Positions 6,184 to 13,497 of a stretch of 15,601 bases of DNA are shown piece by piece (within the stretch, counting starts at the first letter, position 1; the number at the start of each line of letters is the position of its first letter). The notes below the pieces were generated by a model that was not told the DNA's origin, made no database searches, and worked only from the letters and a program-made list of their open reading frames with translations. A program made the position numbers and the translations under genes. Origin of the DNA: a bacterium (GTDB taxonomy: Bacteria > Sysuimicrobiota > Sysuimicrobiia > Sysuimicrobiales > Humicultoraceae); assembly GCA_041497675.1 (NCBI GenBank), contig JBGQGY010000093.1, positions 1 through 15,601 on the forward strand. Reading direction: 5' to 3'.

Positions 6184-8904
6184 GTGCCAGGTGTAGGGCC
6201 AACGCCGTATCCGGCGCACCGCGAGGCCGATGTTGTCTTGAGGGACGGCTCCACCGTCCACGTGCGGCCTGTTCGCCCCAATGACGAGGTCGTGTTGCTG
6301 AGTTTTTTCCGCGGCCTTTCGGACGACGCGCGAATACGGCGCTTCTTCACGCGCACGAGCGACGACGCCCTGGTCCAGCAGGTCCGCAAGATGGCGGACG
6401 TGGACTATGTGCGCCGGTTTGGGCTCGTGGCCACGACCGGTTCGCCGGAACGCATCGTCGGCCACGCCATGTACGCGGCGCTCGACGGCCAGCGCGCGGA
6501 GGTCGCGTTCGCGGTTGCGGAGGACTACCAGGGGCGCGGCCTGGGGACGATCATGCTGGGCCACCTGGCCGAAGTCGCGGCGACCAACGAGATCCGGCTC
6601 TTTGAAGCCGAAGTCCTGCCTGACAACATCAAGATGCTCGACGTGTTCCGCAACGCCGGCTTTCCCACCGAGGCGCACGTCGAGTCGGGGGAGGTCCACG
6701 AGGAGTTTCCCACCGCGCTGACGCCGGACGCGCTGCGCCACTTCGAAGCGCGCGAGCAGACGGCCGCCGTGAACGCGTTGAAGGCCTTCTTCGCGCCGCG
6801 CGCGGTCGCGGTCATCGGCGCCTCGCGGCAGCGCGGGACCATTGGTGGTGAGATCTTTCACAACCTGCTCGCGTATGGGTTCGCCGGACCGGTGTATCCG
6901 GTGAACCCGCGGGCCGAGGTCGTGCAGTCGGTACCCGCCTACCCAGGCGTGGAGGCCATCCCCGGCCCGGTCGATCTTGCCGTAATCGCCGTGCCCGCCG
7001 AACACGTCGTCGAGGCCGCCGAAACGTGCGCTCGGAAGGGCGTGCGCGCCATCGTCGTCATTTCTGCCGGGTTCTCGGAGACCGGTGAGGAGGGACGCAC
7101 GCGGCAGGCCGAATTGGTGCGCATCTGCCGCACTGCCGGGATGCGGCTGATCGGTCCCAATTGCATGGGGATCGCGAACACCAACCCCGCCGTCCGCCTC
7201 AACGCCACCTTCGCGCCGATGGCGCCGCCGCAGGGGCGCGTGGGGTTCCTTTCGCAGAGCGGCGCGCTGGGGCTGGCCGTTATCGACTATGCGGCGTCGC
7301 TGGGGCTGGGCATCTCAACGTTCGTCTCGGTGGGGAACAAAGCCGACATCTCGGGGAACGACCTGCTCAACTACTGGGAAGTCGATCCCGGCACCGACGT
7401 CATCCTGCTCTACCTAGAGTCCTTTGGCAACCCTCGCAAGTTCTCGCGGATCGCGCGGCGGGTCGGCCGGACAAAACCGATCGTGGCCGTCAAGAGCGGG
7501 CGGTCACGCGCCGGTGCCCGGGCGACCTCGTCGCACACGGGCGCGCTGCTCGCGGCCTCGGACGTGACGGTTGACGCCCTCTTCCGCCAGGCCGGCGTGA
7601 TCCGCACGGACACGCTGGAGGAACTGTTCGACGCGGCCGCGCTGCTCGCGCACCAGCCCGTCCCGCAGGGCCGGCGCGTGGCGATCCTGACCAACTCGGG
7701 TGGGCCGGCGATCCTGTGCGCGGACACCTGCGAAGCCTGGGGGCTGGACGTCCCGGTATTGGGCGATGCGACGCAACAGCGATTGCGCGCCATGCTACCG
7801 AAAGAAGCGAGCGTGGGCAACCCCGTCGACATGATCGCGTCGGCGAGCGCGACGGACTACCGCAACGCCATGGGCATCATCGCCGCCGACCCCACCGTCG
7901 ACGCCATGGTAGTGATCTTCATCCCACCATTGGTCACGCGGCCCGAGGACGTGGCGTCGGCGATCGTGGACGCCGCGCGCGCGCTCAATGGTACGAAGCC
8001 GGTGTTGACGGTGTTCATGTCCGCGCGGGGTGTGCCGGATGAATTGCGTGCGGATGACGTGCACATCCCGTCCTATGCCTTCCCGGAAGCCGCCGCGATC
8101 GCGCTGGCGCGCGCGGCCCGCTACGGTGATTGGCTCAGGCGGCCGCTGCCCACACCGGTTGTGCTGCAAGATGTGCGGCGGAACGACGCCGCTGGGATCG
8201 TCGCCGGGGCGCTGCGCCGGGGGAGCGGGTGGTTGGACCCGGTAGAGGTCCAGGCCGTACTCTCCTGCTACGGCCTGCCGGTGGTCGAGCAGCGCGTGGT
8301 CCGAACCATCGCTGAAGCGGCGATGGCCGCCGACCAGTTGGGCGGTCACATCGTGGTGAAAGCCATCGCCCCCGGTTTGGTGCATCGCAGCGAGGTCGGC
8401 GCCGTCCAGTTGGGCCTGGTGGGGGCTGAACAAGTCCGCGAGGCCGCGGCGACCATGGCACAGCGGATGGAGCGGGCCGGCTCACCGGTGACGGGCTACG
8501 TCGTGCAGCGGATGGCGCCGCGCGGTGTCGAGATGATCGCCGGGGTCGTGCATGATAAACAGTTTGGTCCGATGATCGCCTGTGGCGCCGGCGGGGTGCT
8601 CGTTGAACTGATGGGCGACGTGGGTGTCCGGCTGACGCCGCTGGCGCGTGAAGAGGCCGGCGAATTGATCCGGGGCCTGAAGACCTTTCCCTTGCTGTCG
8701 GGGTTCCGGGGCCAGCCGTCTTCCGATGTCTCCGCACTGGAAGACGCGCTCGTGCGGTTGAGTGCCCTCGCGGATGACCTGCCCGAGATCGCGGAACTCG
8801 ATTGCAACCCGATCATTGTCCACCAAAACGGCGCCACGATCGTCGATGCCAGGATTCGCGTCGAGGCCGCCGAGCCGCCCCGACCGCTCGGGGCGAGGGG
8901 ATGA
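6184..8904 (+). CDS. GNAT N-acetyltransferase / NDP-forming acyl-CoA synthetase fusion (Pat-type protein lysine acetyltransferase), 906 aa
   Basis: N-terminal GNAT (VVLRDGSTVHVRP, AEVAFAV..YQGRGLG, DNIKMLDVF), CoA-binding domain (VAVIGAS, VYPVNP, GPNCMG), SQSGALG, GNKAD, SSHTGAL, NSGG, NPVD and C-terminal ATP-grasp (HRSEVGAV, FGPMI, ELDCNP, DARIR). RBS GAGGAGGGG precedes GTG 6184. Confidence 0.92.
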   Translation: MPGVGPTPYPAHREADVVLRDGSTVHVRPVRPNDEVVLLSFFRGLSDDARIRRFFTRTSDDALVQQVRKMADVDYVRRFGLVATTGSPERIVGHAMYAALDGQRAEVAFAVAEDYQGRGLGTIMLGHLAEVAATNEIRLFEAEVLPDNIKMLDVFRNAGFPTEAHVESGEVHEEFPTALTPDALRHFEAREQTAAVNALKAFFAPRAVAVIGASRQRGTIGGEIFHNLLAYGFAGPVYPVNPRAEVVQSVPAYPGVEAIPGPVDLAVIAVPAEHVVEAAETCARKGVRAIVVISAGFSETGEEGRTRQAELVRICRTAGMRLIGPNCMGIANTNPAVRLNATFAPMAPPQGRVGFLSQSGALGLAVIDYAASLGLGISTFVSVGNKADISGNDLLNYWEVDPGTDVILLYLESFGNPRKFSRIARRVGRTKPIVAVKSGRSRAGARATSSHTGALLAASDVTVDALFRQAGVIRTDTLEELFDAAALLAHQPVPQGRRVAILTNSGGPAILCADTCEAWGLDVPVLGDATQQRLRAMLPKEASVGNPVDMIASASATDYRNAMGIIAADPTVDAMVVIFIPPLVTRPEDVASAIVDAARALNGTKPVLTVFMSARGVPDELRADDVHIPSYAFPEAAAIALARAARYGDWLRRPLPTPVVLQDVRRNDAAGIVAGALRRGSGWLDPVEVQAVLSCYGLPVVEQRVVRTIAEAAMAADQLGGHIVVKAIAPGLVHRSEVGAVQLGLVGAEQVREAAATMAQRMERAGSPVTGYVVQRMAPRGVEMIAGVVHDKQFGPMIACGAGGVLVELMGDVGVRLTPLAREEAGELIRGLKTFPLLSGFRGQPSSDVSALEDALVRLSALADDLPEIAELDCNPIIVHQNGATIVDARIRVEAAEPPRPLGARG

Positions 8905-11402
8905 GCGAGCCGCAGGGCTTAGCGAGCGCCGACGCCCGCAGACGGCTGACGGAGCTCGGACCGAACGAACCGGCGCCGCCGCAGCACGTCCCCTTCATCC
9001 GGCACGCGCTTTCGCTGTTCTCGAACCCGCTCGTCCTGATCCTGCTGCTTGCCAGTGGAGTGTCGGCGACGCTTGGAGAGATCATCAACGCCGCGATCAT
9101 CGTCGTGATCGTCCTGCTCAGTGTCAGCCTGAATTTCGTCCAAACCTATCGCTCGCAGCAAGCGGTGGATCGCCTCAGGCAGACTGTCGCGCCGACCGCC
9201 ACCGCCTTGCGCGACGGACAGTGGCGCGAGGTGGCCCGGCGCGACCTGGTGCCCGACGACGTCATCCGTCTGACCGCGGGCGACCTGGTGCCCGCCGACG
9301 CGACGTTGCTGGAAGCCCGCGATCTACACGTGCAGGAGGCCGCGCTCACCGGCGAGTCATTGCCGGTCGAGAAGATCGCGCGCGACCCGCGCGCGGCGCC
9401 GGCGCAGGACGATCAGCAACACAAGGTCTTCCTCGGCACGTCGGTCGTCAGCGGGGTGGCGACCGCGGTCGTGACGGCCACCGGCCCGCGGACGGTCTTC
9501 GGCGACATCGCGGCGCGGCTCAGCCGGCGGCCGCCCGAGACCGAGTTCGAACGAGGCACGCGGCAGTTCGGCCTGTTCATCACGCGAATCGTATTCTTCA
9601 TGGTGCTGTTCGTCTTTGTGGTCAGCGCGGCGCTGCGACATAACCCGCTGGAATCGCTGCTGTTCGCGGTGGCGCTGGCCGTCGGACTGACCCCCGAGCT
9701 GCTGCCGGTGATCACGACCGTCACCCTCGCGCGCGGCGCGGTCCACATGGCGAGGCAGAAGGTGATCGTCAAGCATCTCGAAGCCATTCAAAATTTCGGC
9801 AGCGCCGACATCTTGTGCAGCGACAAGACGGGAACGCTGACCAGCGGCGACATGGTCCTCGACCAGTACCTGGACCCGCTCGGCCGGTCGTCGGAACGCG
9901 TACTGCTGCTGGCGTACCTGAACAGCGCGCACGAAACCGGGATCGAGAACCCTCTGGACGAGGCGATCCTCAAGGCCAGGGAGCGCAACCCGCTGGATGT
10001 TGCGGTCCTGCGGCACGACCACCCGGACGCCCATGCCTACCGCAAGATCGACGAGGTGCCGTTCGATTTCGACCGGCGGTGTGTCTCGATCGTGGTCGAG
10101 GCCAACGGCGAGCGGTTGTTGATCAGCAAGGGGGCGCCCGAGAGCGTGCTGGCCCGGTGCGTGACGCTGGAAGCGGACGGGCAGTCCTCGCCCGTCGACG
10201 CAGCGGCGCGACAACGATGCGACGCACTGTATCAACGGCTGAGCGCGCAAGGGTACAGGACGCTGGCCGTGGCCCACAAGACCGTGCCGCCGCAGGCGGC
10301 GTACGGCGTCGAGGACGAGCAGGGGTTGACGCTGGCGGGGTTCCTCACCTTTGCCGATCCCCCGCGGGCGGATGCGGCCGAGACGCTCCGCGCGATGCGG
10401 CGCGACGGCGTCCTCGTCAAGATCCTGACCGGCGACAACGAGCTGGTCACCCGCCACGTGTGCGCGGAGGTCGGCCTGGACGCAAGCCGCATCGTCTTGG
10501 GATCAGAGGTCGAGCAGATGACCGACCCGGCGCTGGCGGCCACGGCGGAGCAGACCGCGGTGTTCGCGCGCGTCTCGCCGGGTCAGAAGACTCGCATCAT
10601 CCTGGCGCTGAAGTCCCGTGGGCACGTCGTGGGCTTCCTCGGAGACGGCATCAATGACGCGCCGTCGCTGCACGCGGCCGACGTCGGCATCTCGGTGGCG
10701 AGCGGCGTCGACGTGGCAAAGGATGCCGCGGATATCATCTTGTTGGAACGCGGCCTCGACGTGTTGCACAGCGGCATCATCGAAGGCCGGAAGGCGTTTG
10801 GCAACGTGATGAAGTACCTGCTGATGGGAACATCATCAAACTTCGGCAACATGTTCAGCATGGCGGCCGCGTCGGTCTTCCTGCCGTTCCTGCCGATGCT
10901 GCCGACCCAAATCCTGTTGAACAACTTCCTCTACGATGCCGCTCAGATCAGCATCCCAACCGATAACGTCGATCCAACCTTCATCCAAAAACCCAGGCGC
11001 TGGCGCATCAGCCTGATTCGCGACTTCATGCTCTTCATCGGACCGATCAGTTCGATCTATGATTTCCTGACGTTCGGGGCGTTGCTGACCATCTTCCGGG
11101 CACGAGAGCCCCTGTTTCACACAGGATGGTTCGTCGAGTCACTGGCCACCCAGACGCTGGTCCTGTTTGTGATCCGCACAGCGGGGAATCCCCTGCGAAG
11201 CCGTCCCAGCCTTCCGCTGGTGGTAACAACCCTGGTGATGGTCGCGGTCGGGATCGCGCTCCCCTACACACCGGCGGCGCCCTATCTGGGCTTTGTGCCG
11301 CTGCCGGCGGGTTTCTTCGTCTTCCTCGCGGCGGCGACCGGGACGTATCTCGTGGTCGTGGAGATGGTGAAGCGCCGCCTACTGGGCCGGCTCTTCGACT
11401 AG
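8901..11402 (+). CDS. mgtA: magnesium-translocating P-type ATPase (P3B), 833 aa
   Basis: GPNE, LTGESLPVEK, AVGLTPELLP, phosphorylation site CSDKTGTLT, PFDFDRR, KGAPE, TGDN, GDGINDAP, plus MgtA-typical TSSNFGNMFS, NN.LYD..Q..IP.DNVD, GPISSIYD and GWFVESL. Start is ATG 8901, overlapping the pat stop as ATGA. Confidence 0.93.
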   Translation: MSEPQGLASADARRRLTELGPNEPAPPQHVPFIRHALSLFSNPLVLILLLASGVSATLGEIINAAIIVVIVLLSVSLNFVQTYRSQQAVDRLRQTVAPTATALRDGQWREVARRDLVPDDVIRLTAGDLVPADATLLEARDLHVQEAALTGESLPVEKIARDPRAAPAQDDQQHKVFLGTSVVSGVATAVVTATGPRTVFGDIAARLSRRPPETEFERGTRQFGLFITRIVFFMVLFVFVVSAALRHNPLESLLFAVALAVGLTPELLPVITTVTLARGAVHMARQKVIVKHLEAIQNFGSADILCSDKTGTLTSGDMVLDQYLDPLGRSSERVLLLAYLNSAHETGIENPLDEAILKARERNPLDVAVLRHDHPDAHAYRKIDEVPFDFDRRCVSIVVEANGERLLISKGAPESVLARCVTLEADGQSSPVDAAARQRCDALYQRLSAQGYRTLAVAHKTVPPQAAYGVEDEQGLTLAGFLTFADPPRADAAETLRAMRRDGVLVKILTGDNELVTRHVCAEVGLDASRIVLGSEVEQMTDPALAATAEQTAVFARVSPGQKTRIILALKSRGHVVGFLGDGINDAPSLHAADVGISVASGVDVAKDAADIILLERGLDVLHSGIIEGRKAFGNVMKYLLMGTSSNFGNMFSMAAASVFLPFLPMLPTQILLNNFLYDAAQISIPTDNVDPTFIQKPRRWRISLIRDFMLFIGPISSIYDFLTFGALLTIFRAREPLFHTGWFVESLATQTLVLFVIRTAGNPLRSRPSLPLVVTTLVMVAVGIALPYTPAAPYLGFVPLPAGFFVFLAAATGTYLVVVEMVKRRLLGRLFD

Positions 11403-11825
11403 CTACCGGCACCTCTTGATCTTTCGGGTGCCCAGCTGCTCGCAGTTCTTGGTGCAGCGAAACCAGAGGACGCGCTGCGACTTGTTGTCGTAGACGGCCA
11501 CGCCGTACCACCGCTTCGGAGAGGACACTTCGACGTAGGCGGGGACCGACAGCCGGTGTTTCTCGAGCACGTCGCGGACCGTCCCCGCGTTCGTCATGGC
11601 CGAGACCTGAGCGGCCTGGGGCGGCACGTCTTGAACCGCCTCAGTGTACACGTCGACCCGTTGGGTGGTCTTCCCGACCATGCGCGCGCAGAGCTTCGAT
11701 CCTTCGATCGGCACCATCGAGCGTTGGATTTCGTTCACGATCGCCTGATTCAATCGCGGCGCCGCAGCGGCAGACGCCGCCGAGAACGCCATCAGGGTGA
11801 GGATGATCGCGGCCGCGTACCTCAC
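11403..11825 (-). CDS. hypothetical exported protein with four cysteines, 140 aa
   Basis: Clear signal peptide (MRYAAAIILTLMAFSAASAAA). GTG start is 4 nt after the upstream stop, and the stop abuts the mgtA stop. Confidence 0.7.
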   Translation of the reverse strand: MRYAAAIILTLMAFSAASAAAAPRLNQAIVNEIQRSMVPIEGSKLCARMVGKTTQRVDVYTEAVQDVPPQAAQVSAMTNAGTVRDVLEKHRLSVPAYVEVSSPKRWYGVAVYDNKSQRVLWFRCTKNCEQLGTRKIKRCR

Positions 11826-11829
11826 GGCG

Positions 11830-12282
11830 TTACGGGAGCATGACGGTGACGCCGCCGTTCACGAGCACCGAGAGGAGACCCGCGAGCGCCGGGGCCTGCG
11901 ACAGAAGACCTCCGAGGATGGGAGTCTGCGATTGCGACCCGACGGTCGTCCCGGCTGCAAAAAGCACCTCGATGCGCCCCGCCAGCAGTTGCTTCTCCTG
12001 GGCCATCCGTCCGTCGACGCGCACGATATCGCCGACGGCCAGCTTCCCAAACGAGTCGCGCTGGCCGGTGACCTGCGTGGCATCGGTGACGGCGACCTCA
12101 AGCGTGCGGCTACCATCGCGCACGGTGAAGGACCTCTCCGCCTTGGCCGTCACGATTCCCTTCAGGGTCTGCGTGTTTTCCAGGTTGGCGGTGAGCTTCG
12201 CCGCCCGCACAGAGGATTGGGCGGTCACGAGACTGACGACGAGCAAGATAAGGATAACGGGGAGTCGTTGACCTATGAGCAC
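11830..12282 (-). CDS. exported DUF5666-like (OB-fold-type) protein with hydrophobic C-terminal tail, 150 aa
   Basis: RBS GAGGAGG 7 nt before GTG 12282; signal peptide VILILLVVSLVTAQSSVRA; DUF5666-like pattern KGIVT...SFTV...VAVTDAT...LAVGDIVRVDG...LLAGRIEV. Confidence 0.72.
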   Translation of the reverse strand: MLIGQRLPVILILLVVSLVTAQSSVRAAKLTANLENTQTLKGIVTAKAERSFTVRDGSRTLEVAVTDATQVTGQRDSFGKLAVGDIVRVDGRMAQEKQLLAGRIEVLFAAGTTVGSQSQTPILGGLLSQAPALAGLLSVLVNGGVTVMLP

Positions 12283-12355
12283 GGGAGAACCTCCTCGGGC
12301 GCCCTCGGCATTCCGGCGCTTGGAAAGGGCCCGTGTCTTAAGAGATCTATACCCC

Positions 12356-12441
12356 ATCGTGCCCGTCGCCCAGACTTCAAAAGATCGGGTTCGCACCGGA
12401 TGCCGCCGGCGCCGGCCGGTCTCGTATGCTGACCTCAGCAT
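12356..12441. promoter_or_regulatory. divergent promoter pair sharing one palindromic site, plus a second palindrome over the osmC -10
   Basis: TCGGG-ttcgca-CCGGA (12385-12400). CACGAT on minus (12361-12356, 23-nt gap) and TATGCT on plus (12425-12430, 24-nt gap). ATGCTGA-cc-TCAGCAT at 12426-12441. Confidence 0.5.
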
Positions 12442-12500
12442 CTGTTCGTGTCCCTGAGGGATGCACCTTGGTGCCGTCGACCCTCGGAGAGGAGATTTCG

Positions 12501-12944
12501 GTGAAGGCATCGGTGGTCTGGAAGGACGGCATGACATTCGAGGGGAGGACGGAGACCGGCTTTCAGGTGACCACCGCCGCCCCTCTGCCCGACGGCTCAC
12601 CACCATCGGGACCGCTCCCGATGGACCTCGTCCTGATCGCGCTGGGATCGTGCACCGGCATGGACGTGGCAGGCATCCTGAGAAAGATGCGCCAGCCGTT
12701 CACAGGGCTCGTCGTCGAGACCGTCGGTGAGCGGCGGGCCGAGCATCCGAAGAGTTTCAATCACATTGAAATACGGTACACGGTGCGCGGGCGAGGACTC
12801 GATCCTGGGCAGGTCGAAAAGGCCGTCCAACTGAGCCAGGAACGCTACTGCTCCGTCGCGGCTATGCTGCGCCCGGCTGTGCGGTTGACGTATGCCTGGA
12901 GCATCGAGGAGGACGCGCCGGACAGGCTCCGCAAGACGGCGTAG
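12501..12944 (+). CDS. OsmC/Ohr family protein (YhfA-like), 147 aa
   Basis: W.DGMTFEG, GP.PMDLVL.ALGSCTGMDV..IL.KMRQ, ERRAEHPK.F and VEKAVQLSQERYCSV with both conserved Cys. RBS AGGAG precedes GTG 12501. Confidence 0.9.
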   Translation: MKASVVWKDGMTFEGRTETGFQVTTAAPLPDGSPPSGPLPMDLVLIALGSCTGMDVAGILRKMRQPFTGLVVETVGERRAEHPKSFNHIEIRYTVRGRGLDPGQVEKAVQLSQERYCSVAAMLRPAVRLTYAWSIEEDAPDRLRKTA

Positions 12945-12972
12945 TATCGCCATTGGTGGCTGACGAGGCAGG

Positions 12973-12978
12973 TATAAT
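12973..12978 (+). promoter_or_regulatory. -10 box of a probably leaderless transcript
   Basis: Perfect TATAAT, 6 nt before ATG 12985. No SD sequence and no convincing -35. Confidence 0.65.
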
Positions 12979-12984
12979 CACAGC

Positions 12985-13497
12985 ATGACTGATTGGAGCG
13001 CAGCGCTCGTCCAGGGGCTCAAGACCAACGGGATCGAATTCGCGGCCCACGTCCCTGATGAAGTCACGGCGCGCGTACTCACCCTGCTGGAAGCCGACCC
13101 CGCGTTCACCGTGATCCCGGTGACGCGCGAGGAAGAAGGCGTGGCCGTGCTGGCCGGCGCCTTTCTGGGCGGAAAGCGCGGGGCCCTGATCCTTCAAGGC
13201 AGCGGCGTCGGCAATGCGATCAATGCGCTCGCCTCACTCTGCGTTGGCTCTCAGATCCCGCTGCTGATGATCGTCAGCGAGCGCGGGAGGCTGGGGGAGT
13301 TCAATCCCGTCCAGGTCCCGTTGGGACGCGCGATTCCCCGGATCTTTGAGGCCCTGGGGATCCAGTCGTTTTGGATCAACACGACCGAGGAGATTGATCC
13401 CGTGCTGCAAGGCGCCGCCGGTCTTGCGTTTGCGAGTTCCCTCCCCGTCGCCCTCCTCTTACCGACGACCCTGACCGGGGGGAAGCGACTCAAATGA
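12985..13497 (+). CDS. comD: ThDP-dependent decarboxylase alpha subunit (sulfopyruvate/phosphonopyruvate decarboxylase-like, PYR domain), 170 aa
   Basis: HVPD, VTREEEGVAVLAGA.LGG, QGSGVGNAINALASL, IPLLMIVSERG..GEFNP.Q.P.G. The substrate is not established. Confidence 0.78.
   Translation: MTDWSAALVQGLKTNGIEFAAHVPDEVTARVLTLLEADPAFTVIPVTREEEGVAVLAGAFLGGKRGALILQGSGVGNAINALASLCVGSQIPLLMIVSERGRLGEFNPVQVPLGRAIPRIFEALGIQSFWINTTEEIDPVLQGAAGLAFASSLPVALLLPTTLTGGKRLK

Noticed and set aside
6027..6389. N-terminal extension of the 489-aa minus ORF
   Set aside because: It overlaps pat and the promoter region. A strong RBS supports ATG 6026.
8802..8900. Upstream extension of mgtA; similar extensions at 12283-12606 (-), 12426-12500 (+) and 15451-15477 (-)
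   Set aside because: These are non-homologous sequences in other genes or regulatory DNA. Downstream starts have an RBS or stop-start coupling.
9241..9302. Direct repeat GCGACCTGGTGCCCG in mgtA
   Set aside because: It encodes the ordinary P-type ATPase A-domain motifs DLVPDD and DLVPAD.
12349..12375. SigB/SigF-like promoter GTCT-N17-GGGTAT on the minus strand
   Set aside because: The -35 is mismatched and the pattern is not repeated convincingly at the other promoters. It remains a possible alternative to the CACGAT -10.
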